Shown: in pieces, positions 39,148-50,640 of the stretch
Position numbering within the stretch: the stretch's first letter is position 1
Layout: every line of letters begins with the position of its first letter
From: Phallusia mammillata
Taxonomy: Eukaryota
NCBI GenBank assembly: GCA_965637545.1
Contig: OZ281494.1
Location: 24,242,001-24,306,000 of the forward strand
Direction of reading: 5' to 3'
Length of the DNA stretch: 64,000 bases
Notes under the pieces: generated by a model
What the model saw: only the letters and a program-made list of their open reading frames with translations
Databases searched by the model: none
Told to the model about the DNA's origin: nothing
Translations under genes and position numbers: made by a program

Positions 39148-39361
39148 CAGTAGTTCTCAATCTGTGCGTCCTGACGCCCTGGGTCGTTTCAATTTTCCAA
39201 GGGTGTCGCAGAATAGTTCCGTTTCGTGGCTTTTTGTTGTTGTATCAATAAACACAACTTTAATAATAAGTTTCCTCATTAACTTTTATTTGCTGATGCG
39301 TCGCAAATCCAGAAAACTTTTCCAGAGGCGTCTCAATAAAAAAAAAGTTTGAGAACCACTA
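39148..39361. mobile_element. hAT-type MITE
   Basis: TIR CAGTAGTTCTCAA/TTGAGAACCACTA; 8-bp TSD CCCTTAGT on both sides. Related copies at 39802-40017 and ~51560-51654. Confidence 0.85.
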
Positions 39362-39801
39362 CCCTTAGTAATCAGCCATGAAGTACAAAACCTAAAGGAA
39401 GTGGTTCCTGAAGCGTATGTTTAAAATCTCTTCGACAGCAAAAAGGGTGCGTGAAAAAGAAGAACTGACCAACGCTAAAATTTCAGCACGGCATCCTGGT
39501 TGATTGATTGAACTTAACACATTCGAAAAACCTACTACAGTTACCCTCTTATGTCATTTTCCATCGACTTACGTCATTTTTGCGTATATTCTATTAAACG
39601 TATAAGTTCTTTAAACTTATGTATGCTCATTGCTATTTTTGTGTTTTGGGAAGTGCCCAATAGCGTAGATCAGAAATCACACAAACATAATAAAAAATGC
39701 AAATAAAATAAAAGACGTGTTGCTAATCACGAGGGTTGCGAGAGTTATTCCATGTAAAAATTCCCGTTTACAGTAATGATAAAGTTTTCCATTCCCTAAA
39801 G

Positions 39802-40017
39802 CAGTGGTTCTCAAACTTTTTTTTGTTGCGACGCCCCTGGAAAAGTTTTCTGGACTTGCGAACGCACCAGCAAAAAATAGTTAATGGGGAAAATTATTAT
39901 TAAAGTTAGTTTTATTGATACAACAACAAAAACTCACAAAACGGAACTATTCTGCGACGCCCTTGGAAAATTGAAACGACGCACCAGTTCGTCGCGACGC
40001 ACAGTTTGAGAACTACT
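39802..40017. mobile_element. hAT-type MITE of the same family, upstream of TIL gene 3
   Basis: CAGTGGTTCTCAAAC...GTTTGAGAACTACT; absent from the paralogous upstream region at ~33840. Confidence 0.75.
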
Positions 40018-40222
40018 CCTTCTGAAGGTAAGGTATATATATCATCATAATAATAATAGCAATGGAAAAGGTTAAACTTTGCCTCAAACCACTATGAAGT
40101 TTACAGTTGTTTCATATTTTTTTCAACCTGAAGTCATTAGCCTGGGGCTATGTAAGCTAGTGTATTTATGTCGTCGAAACGTCTCATTAACGATCATTTA
40201 TCAACTAAAAATCGGCCTCGAT

Positions 40223-43200
40223 ATGAAGGTCGTATGCTTTGTGGCTACATTGGCTTCAGTGCTGTTGTGCGTGAACGCAGGTAAGGAGAAAGGAAAATAA
40301 ATATTAAATAATATATAAACAGATAAAATAAATGTAGAATTGATGTAACTTCAAGTTGTAATTAAAAAAATATGTAACTTACTTTGCATGTATGGTAAAA
40401 ACCGTTTTTTTATTGTTTTTTTATGGGTGCGGCGCGTTTTTGAATCAAGTTGCTTGGAACAATTCACTTGTAGGCTATGTAACTAACTTAGTTGTAGGAA
40501 TCAAGTAAATCTAATCTTCATTTAATTTGTTGAAAATTATTATTGGAAAAACATTTAATGAACATAAAAAAGTTGTTTTGAACGATTGTTGTCAAAAGTT
40601 TTTTATGAACTGTAAAGTATTAACTCAGGAATGTTATTAAATTGTGTCACTATATAACCTTCCAAAAATGCACAATATTTTCTCATTTTTACATATTCTT
40701 GGTCTTTAGATTAATTTTGGCACCTAAAACTATTTAGCAACTACTGTTGTGTTATTTAACCGTCATTTTTTTAAAGAGCCTTATCCTGAAAACAGAAAAT
40801 TTCCCAAAATTGACACCAATTGCCGACGGCTGTTTGCGCCGTAGCGTTCCTCGAAATGTACTCATGACATTTTGTGGGCTTCCAGAGAGAAACACGCGCC
40901 TTGGGTGTAGAAAAGTGGAGGAGAAATTTTAACAACTTAAAAAGGAAAATATTTTTTTTTTTTTTAGAATTTTTTGTCCAGACACTTTGCCTTTGTTTTG
41001 CATATAACTCAAACCGAGATTTCTGGTCATAATCTCATTTAATGAATATGGTATACCAGACCAAATAACGGCCTGTTGATTTCTGCCGTCTTTTGGAAAA
41101 ACCTAGTAACCGACATATTTTTCAAAATGCGTTTTTTTAGTGGAATGGTTACTTAATGTTGGCTAGTTTTCTGTGTTAAAATTTGGAATTTGAAAGATAT
41201 CTAGTTGTCGATATATTTACGGTTAAAAAAACCTAGCAAGTGAAACACAACGCTAAAAGTATTTGGCAAAACCTAGTATTGCTGTTTGACCAATCATGAC
41301 GGTCGAGTTCGTCACGTGACAACTTTTTTCTGACAGCTGCTTGTTGTCGCCTTGTTTACTTATCTATTGGCATTGTGATTCAGTTTTGTTTGCCATTAAG
41401 TAAATACCGGTATTTTAAGTTTGTTTAGCTGTCCAGTTTCAGTGTTTGTTTAATATGGCTACCACAAGAGGAAAACTAATCTTGGCCCTTAAAAAAAAAA
41501 AGAATGAAGCTCCAGTTTCCAGTAAGTTTGGATTAATAAACTTGCTTGCCAGGTTACACTTCTGAAGGCATTAAGGTAGAAATTTAAGTTGAGATTAGAA
41601 ACACATTGTTAATGACCAAGAGAATAAAAGTTTGAAATATTATAGTTCATGTAAGTACACTTTGATTTCAGCACTATAACCAGGGTTGCCATACCGTCTT
41701 TATTTATAAGATTTGTCCTTATTTTGAAGGTCTGTGTCTTAGAAAAGTTCATTGTCCTTATTTCTAAGAAATGTCCTATTTTTAAGAAATGTCCTACATT
41801 GCACATGATGTGTCATGGCCCATAAAAATGCAAAGATTTGTTCAAAAACGTTGGTTTCGTTTCGTATGACAATTAAATTTTTCGGTTGTCCTTTTTTTTT
41901 GTTTTCAAGTCGATGGCAACCCTGACTATAACCATAAGCAAAAAATAACACATAGATTTGGCTCAGAAACAGGTTATTGTGCTGAAATTAAAACCGCAAG
42001 TGTGGATGATATTAATCATAACGTGAGTAGTTGTTGTCATTTGTAGTCTTATCTGACATGACAACTGAGCATCATTCAACTCATCAAATGATCAGGATTC
42101 AAAACTATTTCAGCTCCAAAATGACAGTTTTTGGTTAGGAAGAATTGTGCCACTGGACCAAGATTCAGATAGTTTAACCAAAGAAAATCCATATGTTACA
42201 ATTTCATCTAAGCTTGAAAGTTTACATGCTGAACCTTATTACAGGTATTTTTCTTTCACGCTTGAACCTTGCATGATGTTAATTTATGTTGTTAAAAGTT
42301 AATGATGATTTTTAGCTGATAAAATATAAATGTTCACAAACAGATAAACATAATCATTTAGGTTTGCTCATCTCAAAGTTAACCATTCCAATGTTTTATT
42401 AATATTGATAAGTTTTCATGTCTAAAAATATTATAAAAACTGCTGGTCGCAGGACTTCGCTGGAAGAAGGAAATTCATGAAGGGCACTATTCATAAAACT
42501 GCAATGTTGGAGCAAAGATATCATGCCATTTGCTGCATGAACTGCCTGGCTGCTGTGGTACGAAGCTCACAGTTTGCAAAGTGTTTTATATGAAGAAATT
42601 TGGGAATAAAAACTGATTGTTTATTACTGAATATTCGAAATGGTGCAAATATGGATTGATAGTGTCTTTTTCCTTTCTTTTTGACTAGTTTTGTAAATAT
42701 ATGACAATTTAATAATAAAAAAAGAATATTGATAAAACTTTTTTGAGGCAAAAAAGCCTTTTTTCCAAAATTACTGAAAGCTGCATGGAGCTTTATTCTT
42801 TTTTTCTTTCTTTAAAAGGTCCAAGATTAGCTTTCCTTGTGTGGTAGCCATACTAAACAAACAATGAAACTAGATTTTGTAGTTTAACAAACTATATTTA
42901 CCAGTTTTGTGACAACATGCTGTTATAAGAAAAAATGACAAGTATATAGTAAATCTGTAAATAAAATATACATAAAAAAGCTACCTTTGTAGATGTTATA
43001 TGTTTTTATTTGTCATGTAAAAACATTTTTTTGGGTGTCATTCAATTGATGGTTAAACTGCTTGATGTTTTCATGTTAGACTTTTGTAGCATGGTAAGTT
43101 AACCACATCAAGAACTCACAAAAGTTTATGACATGTTTTGTAAAAGTATCTTTGCCATGTGCTTGTGTTGAACAAATATACTTTGTATTGGTCTTCAGCA

Positions 43201-46200
43201 CTAGCATGTTGCTATTGCTAATAAAAGGTTTTTGACTGAACATTTGTACTCCAGTATTCTTCAAACAGCTTGAAAAATGGTGACTTAAATGTAATAACAA
43301 AGTTTATGAAAAAAATAAAAAGCTTCTGTTTGATTTGTGAGGGCGATAAAGCAAAAAAAGACTTTTCCAAATTTTATTTTAGTTAGTTTTGCTTTTCTTA
43401 TCCGGTAAAACCTAGTATATCGTTTTTTCATGGATAATAAACAAACTAACAATATGTCGTGAACCGTAGATATGCCAAAAATTTTTTACTGTAACATGTT
43501 TGTGAAAAACACCAAACAGGTAGACAAAAAAAGTATTTTTGGATGCTAACCAACATCAAACGCGTTTTGTGCTTTTTCTCGAAAACTTGAAAATTGCAGT
43601 TACTAGGTTTTACCAAACGACGGCAGATTTGTTTTAGGGTGTGGAACTAACGAAGTGTTTCATCCGCCTGGAAGTTGTCAAAGCGGTTGTACGGACTGCG
43701 CATCAGCGAGACAACCATCTGCTGCGTGCCTTGCAGTTTGTCTGGACGGGTGTCTTTGTAAACCTGGATTTTGTAGAGATGACAACAACAGATGTGTGTC
43801 ATTGATTCCAAGTAAGAGTAGTTTAAGAAAGCCTTGTTTAATACTTGTTTTTTTTTTTATTCTAAACGTTTTTAACAAATTTTGATTTTTAAATGTTATC
43901 TCTTTCAATGTTTATTCTCGTTTCAACACGAGAATGTTTTTTTCTGGGGTTTACCGCCAAGTTTATACTCAGTGTTGCCATACCGTCCTTATTTCTACGA
44001 TTAGTTCTTATTTTAAAATGCAGTGTCTTAAAAATATTATCCTTATTTCTGAGAAATGTCCCTGTTTTTGACTTGAGTCCTTATTTTGTCTTATGTTTAA
44101 CAATTACAAAACTTAAATGACATACCAAAACATGTTTTTGCGCCGAGATTTTTGTGACAACACAAAAGAAAGGTCAGGGAGGTGCACGTCATAGAGTGTT
44201 CAATTCAAGCGTATGTGAGAATGGTAATAGCAAATCTGTTCATGTCGGTGGCATCCTATTTTATACTATATTCCTATAACGATTATTATGTTTCTATTTT
44301 TAGCCATTTCTTTACGATTTTGTCCACCGAACGAGTTTTTCTCCTTTTCCTGCGCTCAATGCGACCAATCATGTAGTGCCATTGCCTCTGGCACCACGCG
44401 TTTGTGTCAATTGATATGCGCGCCAGGGTGTCGCTGCAATAAGGGATACTGTCGGAATAGTCTGAATCGATGTGTGCCTATCGCACCCATTACAACCACA
44501 ATCGTTTTCACGCCTCCTCCTGAGCCACCACCAGGTACAAGTTCAACTTGATTCGAGATTTTTGAGAATACATGGTTTTATTTTTCTGCATTGAAACACT
44601 GACACGATGTTCTCAGCACCATAATAGCGCAAGCGTTTCAATTAAGTTTAAAAAGTAAACATCTCGTACAAATTGGTTGGTGGTGAAGTTTAAACAGATT
44701 TTAAAAGTCAACCTAATGCGTTAACTGCTAGTTGGTTTGTGTTTTTGCCAATACATTAGCAACGTCTAAACACTAATGTTCGAAAACGACACAGGTTTTG
44801 GGCGCATTTATTCTCTACGTGTTAATGATTAAAATGCACAATTGGGTACATTCGGTTGATATTTCAGACTTTTTATATTGTACAAAATTCGTAAATAAAA
44901 ATGACAATTGACATTAGGTAAATTTTTGACCAATACAAATACATTATAAATTTTAATCGAATACTATTCGAATTGCAGACGGCATGTATTCGACCATATG
45001 TCTGTTTAATATCGCAACAAAATAACAATTCCAACAACGGGTAGTTCCGCATCTGGTTATAAAAGCGAAACACCGCTTTTGTTCGCAGTTTGTGGAAGTA
45101 ACGAAGTATATTCTTCAAAATGTGGAAGCGGTTGTACAAGTTGCGCATCACTCAGACAACCATCACCAAGAATCTGTCCTGCAGTTTGTTCAACTGGATG
45201 TGTTTGTAAAGAAGGATATTGCAGGGACGAAAATAACACATGTGTTTCAATAAACCCAGGTAGAAACAATTTGAACAACCCCAAATATGTATTGTGGCAG
45301 GCACAAAAATCTATTTGATGTACATTTTAGCAATTAAATGCTGTTCTTTATTCAAGTTTGGCTTCGTGTAATAAAACTGAAGAACTTATTTTTTATCAAC
45401 ATTTTACCCACATTAACATTGTTTTGATGCCCGTAAAATTTATTAAAGCATAATTTGTGTCTTCAAAGTCATTTCTGTCAATTTTATTTGTATTGGTTGC
45501 TCGCTTGCTCATGTCTTCAGCTTTTTCAAGAACGGTCTTGTCTAGCCATGTAATGTATAGCCAAGATGAAAATGTAAATCAGTTCTTAAAAAATCTGAAT
45601 ATATATTGTCATGTATAGCCATGTATCATTGAACCTAGTTCAATGCTGTTTTTCAGTTTGCCTTCAGAACGAGATTTTCATATCTCCATGCGCTCCATGT
45701 GATTCGTCGTGTAGTGACATAGCATCAGGCAATGCCGTTCTCTGCCCGTTAGTGTGTACCCCTGGATGTCGCTGCAAACCAGAACATTGCCGAAATGACT
45801 TGAAACAATGCGTTCCTATCCCGCCTGTACCTTCTGAAGAACCACCACCAAGTAGGCAGTACATGCGAGTGTTTGTTTCAACAGGGTGAAAATGTTTGTT
45901 TCTCAGATCGAGAAACAGCTACTAAATTACTTGATCTATGTCTGCACCAACAAGCTGCCTACTTCGTGTAAAGTAAACTAACACTTAATTTCTTCATATT
46001 AACGCAAGAAAAAATAATAAAATTTGAGTTCTATACATTCTGGGTCCAGATGATTCAACCTGCTGGAAATTATCTACAGGAACGTCTGTAAAAGCTGAAA
46101 TGAAGTTTAATGCATATTTTCGTCCACAGGTTGTGGAAGTAACGAGGTATACATCCCGCCGGACGGTTGTGAAAGCGGTTGTACAAGTTGTGAGTCACTT

Positions 46201-47408
46201 AGACAACCTCCACCAATAATCTGCCCTGCAGTTTGTTCCACTGGATGCCTTTGCAAAAAAGGATATTGCAGGGACCAAAATAACACATGTGTTCCCACAA
46301 TGCCCGGTAAATACAAAACTGTGTACACTTATACCAAAAGCGGCGAATGCTTAACCAGATTCTTTTGCTACATTGACTTAAAACAAATAGTATGTTTCGT
46401 TAACGAAATAAGTACTACAGTACTTTGTTGGTATTTTTTCTTCAAACGACTCCACTTAAACAAAGTGTTTTTATCATTTATTTAATATTTTTTTGTTTTT
46501 ATCTTATATTTGCATATTAAGCAAGGAAGCCAAATTTAAATTCCTACATCATCTTACTTTTTTGTGCAAATTTAATCCAGTGAACTATAACAAAATCTTG
46601 ACAGTATTCTCCATTCACAAGTAATAAATCAAACTAGTTTAAAAGTTTGGCCAATTTTCCGGTGAATAAAATCAAGTCAGGCTTATTGCTGCTTTATTGC
46701 TCAATTTAAAACTACTTGGCAACGATTCAATTATTTTCACTGGAATACTGTTTTAAACCATACATATAAATCACACAAGGATTTTTATCAGAATATTGTT
46801 ACTGTTTCAAAGATTTGAAACGTTTCGGACCAAAGAAAATCTTGTAGCAAAATATATAATAATTTGAGTTCTACACATTCTGGGTCCAGATGTTTAAACC
46901 TGCTGGAAATTATCTACATGAACGTCTGTAAAAGCTAAATGAAGTTTAATACATTTTTTCGTCGACAGGTTGTGGAATCAACGAGGTATACGTACCGCCA
47001 GACGGTTGTGATAGCGGTTGTACAAGTTGCGCATCACTCAGAAAACCTCCCCCAAGAATCTGTCCTGCAGTTTGTTCAACTGGATGTCTTTGTAAACCTG
47101 GTTATTGCAGAGATACAAACAACAATTGTGTCCAAACAGTTCCGGGTAAGTCATAACTAAACATACGTGTTGGAGTTTCCTTAAAAACAAAAACCGCTAA
47201 ATGTTGGTTGAAATGTATTTCTTACTATTTATCACAGCATGTTTTTGCAGAATGTGGTCCAAACATGCAATACTCGGCATATTGCAGTTTTGAATGTGTC
47301 TGCAAAACCTTTTGGTCATGTAGTGTTCGACTTACGTGTCAAAAGTGCAAATGTAAGATCGGTTACTGTCGAAGAAACGGACGCTGTATTAGAAGATACT
47401 TCTATTAG
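40223..47408 (+). CDS. Secreted multi-TIL protein 3 (446 aa, 7 domains); exons 40223-40280, 43638-43811, 44304-44534, 45089-45259, 45657-45851, 46130-46306, 46969-47145, 47251-47408
   Basis: Signal MKVVCFVATLASVLLCVNA; all internal exons are 3n, phase 1/1, with canonical GT-AG; total 1341 nt open to a TAG; domain order B-A-B-A-B-B-C, ending KIGYCRRNGRCIRRYFY*. Confidence 0.8.
41082..43627. mobile_element. ~2.5-kb decayed DNA transposon with 30-bp TIRs in TIL gene 3 intron 1
   Basis: TCTGCCGTCTTTTGGAAAAACCTAGTAAC vs reverse complement of GTTACTAGGTTTTACCAAACGACGGCAGA (2 mismatches); no intact ORF. Confidence 0.7.
41681..41924. mobile_element. hAT-type MITE nested in the 2.5-kb element
   Basis: TIR CAGGGTTGCCA/TGGCAACCCTG; perfect 8-bp TSD ACTATAAC. 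Confidence 0.92.
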
Positions 47409-48629
47409 TGTGGTAAGTGAAAAATATACTTCAATTGCTACCGCTATAGAATAGGCTAGACATTATGTCTGCTAAATTGCAACAGTCTGGTGAAGTTTGT
47501 TATAGTTTCAATACCATAATGTGATCTTGCATTTGATTGAAACTAGTACACACAACCAGTATATTTGTTCTTGTATGGGTAACACTACATCCTGACATAG
47601 ACAAAGTTAAACTAAGTTGTTTCTTTATCTTACTGACACAGAAACGGCAAACCGACAGTTAAAAAAACAGCTTTGACAATTTCAACAGACGTTTTGAAAA
47701 AAAGTAGTTTACTGGTCTCATAAAAAGTAACAAAGAAGTTGTGTGGTTGACTTTTTTTGAGATGCTAAACTAACGCTTGATGTGTTGCGTTTGCAATCAG
47801 TATCGTTCTTTTCCATCATTGATGGTGACTATGTTTTACCGGTAGTCAGGATAAGATTAAAGTAATCAAATCACTAGATCCAAAAAGCACATGAGCCCAA
47901 ACCGCGATTTGAGTTTTAAAATAAATAGCAATGTTTCAAAATGGTATTTTGTTTTAGGTCACAATGAAAACACTTGAGAAAGAAAACACCAGGATTATTC
48001 AACATTTCGTGAATAAACTAAATAACTAATTCTTAATGTGAATAAACTAGCAACTGCATGAACGTCCATTGTTTTGCTCGGCGTCATAAAACCAGAGTGT
48101 ACTGTAGAACAACAATCACCAAGTCAGATTTCGTTGTGCAAAGTAAAGGTAAACGAAAAGGTAAAACACTACAGTTCCCGAAATTTCAGAAAAAAGCTTA
48201 AGACAAATGAGTAAAAACCCAAACCAGCAAATATCCTGGCTAAATTTGGTAGCTATTCGCAAAAACAACTTAAATTTGCAAAGAAAGCACTGCAGCTACT
48301 CTTCTATATCAGAAAAACAACAATCTGATTAAAAGGTTAATCGAAGTCAGTGGTTACAACCTTTCATAGATCGTGGCCTCCGTTAAATTATATATTAGGA
48401 CCCGTGACCCCCTTGAAATTATTTATTAGGACCGTGGTCCACTGCTTACCGAAAATAATGCGGATAACAAACCTCTCAAACTAGAAGTGAAGGAGTAAAG
48501 TCTTGGACCTATCAGAATAATGTGTAATATCAGACAAACGGTATCAGTTTTATCTGAATGCACATGTTTGAGTTGTTGTGTTGCGGTAAGACCCTGTAAT
48601 CTCAAGTAAGATATATTTGTAAGACGCTG

Positions 48630-48970
48630 AGACCTTGTGTAACTCATTAGGTAGGCAAAGTCGCCTTTGCGGACGAACCCGCGCATTCCGATATTAAATT
48701 TTTCTATTTCTTACTTTTCCTGTTGATTAGCGTCTAGTTTTTTTGACCTTGGTTGGAACCAAGCTAAGCAATTGATTTCTGGGAGACCTTATGCATTCGT
48801 ATCTGCAAATAAGTTTTTTTTTTATTTAGTTTCATAAAACAAACAAACAAAGTAGAGTTTTCACCTAATTGCATCCCATTGATCAACGCCGTCGATGTCA
48901 TCAAGACGTACGTCACATTGAACCGCATTCATAATAGTTGGTAACTGTTGAGCGATGAGTGATGTATCAG
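48630..48970 (-). pseudogene. Arylsulfatase pseudogene fragment (degenerate exons 8-9), joined directly to upstream-region sequence
   Basis: Matches 52000-52380 (DIDGVDQWDAI; MRGFVRKGDFA) with stops and deletions; 49150-49330 matches the 5' flank at 55450-55620; exons 1-7 and 10-11 not found. Confidence 0.8.
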
Positions 48971-50640
48971 TCCAACACAATTTGACGCAATAAAGTGGTT
49001 TAGGGTTGTTCCCCTTTGAGCCATTAGTTACAGTGTAGGTTTTCTTAATTTTTTAAATAAAAGGATGAAATTATGACCATTTAAAAAATACTACCATTGA
49101 ACCGTTTTGTTGGCCGAATACAGAAAACATCTTCAATAGAGATGTGTTGTTTTTCCTGGTTTACATGCAGGTTTAAAAGTTAATTTTACCTTTGATAAAA
49201 CAATTGTAACTTAGTTCAAAACATTTGCAGTGTATGGCAGCTGGTCCTAGCGCTGCATGAAAGAACCTGTAGCAAATAACAACTGACAAAGATCTGTACC
49301 CAACACTTGCGGATCGGGTTATTAAGTTTAATTTTTGTCAGCAATTTTCGTTTTTTTAAACCGCAGCGATTTTAGGTTGTGTAATGCGAAGAAATTGAGT
49401 TGATCAAAACCTCTTTTAATCATTCTTCGTTAAAAAAAAGCATATGACAATGGTTCTGCAACAGCTTGCGGAATACTACCGATTTAATATTTCCTTCAGG
49501 TTATAAAAACATGCATGAAAATGTGGCTAACAAAGAACAAAGATAACTCTCTATAAGTTTCATGAGACAAAAAAACGTTTTTTAAACTTATAGCCATATG
49601 ACCAATTTATCAATTGTAAAATCTTGGTTTCACTCGATTTTCATACACGCAAACATCCAGAACTAAGTTTTAACAGCATTAATGTTTAACAACATAAACC
49701 TTTAGCAATACAACTATTCCATTCAGACAAGCATCTACATGCATGTACTCTACAGTAACTTCTAGCTAAAACGCAAACAAATTGAAGTTGTGTGAAACGC
49801 GAACGTTTCCTGTCCTTATTCGACACCAAAAAAGTATGTATGTTTACATGAACAACTTTGCTTGGGATGACTAATAATTTTGGCGTTTTAAAATGATCGA
49901 AACCGTTTACAATATATTTTCTCACGGTATGCAATGGGCCGAACAGTTTTTTGGGCATAATTTATTAATTTACGCATATGTGGGTATTTTTCTGCGTGAA
50001 ACAGGTTTTTCATGAAGAAATTCAAGATACTTTGTTTGCTCCACACAAAAAAACAACACGCTCTTTGTCAGGACATAGAAGGAAATTGTTGCGAGCAAAT
50101 GTTTATTGAACTGTTCTATGACAGTGTTGACTAATCTTACTGTAACAGTGCACCTCTTGATGGCAATTCAGGAGCTGTTGATTTTCTAACTTTGTTTCTG
50201 AATGCAAATTCTTCTCGTGGAGGAAATACGCGCGTTCTTTTAATTTCAAGCAAACTTCAGGGTCACCGTCGTTATCAAACTATATTTTTAATATGTATAT
50301 GTAGGCTATTATCACAGTAAGACCTTCAAATAACTTGGTAAGTTTACTTTACCTTAAAAATATATATTTCAGAAACTCCTGGTTTAGGTAATTGCTAAAG
50401 GACAAACTATTTTTTAACAACACGAACACATCAACTTTTAACAAATAGCAACAAACTTCGATGCACATATATTTCCACTTCAAATACAAAAAGTTTAAAA
50501 ACTTTGAGGGAAATGCGTAAAAAAAGCTGACCGAAGAAGGTAATCTACCTGATGTGTTGACGAAGCCTGTACATGCAAATACAAAATAAAACAAACTTTT
50601 TCGCAGATGTTTTCTCATAGCAAGTTAGCTTTGTCAGATA

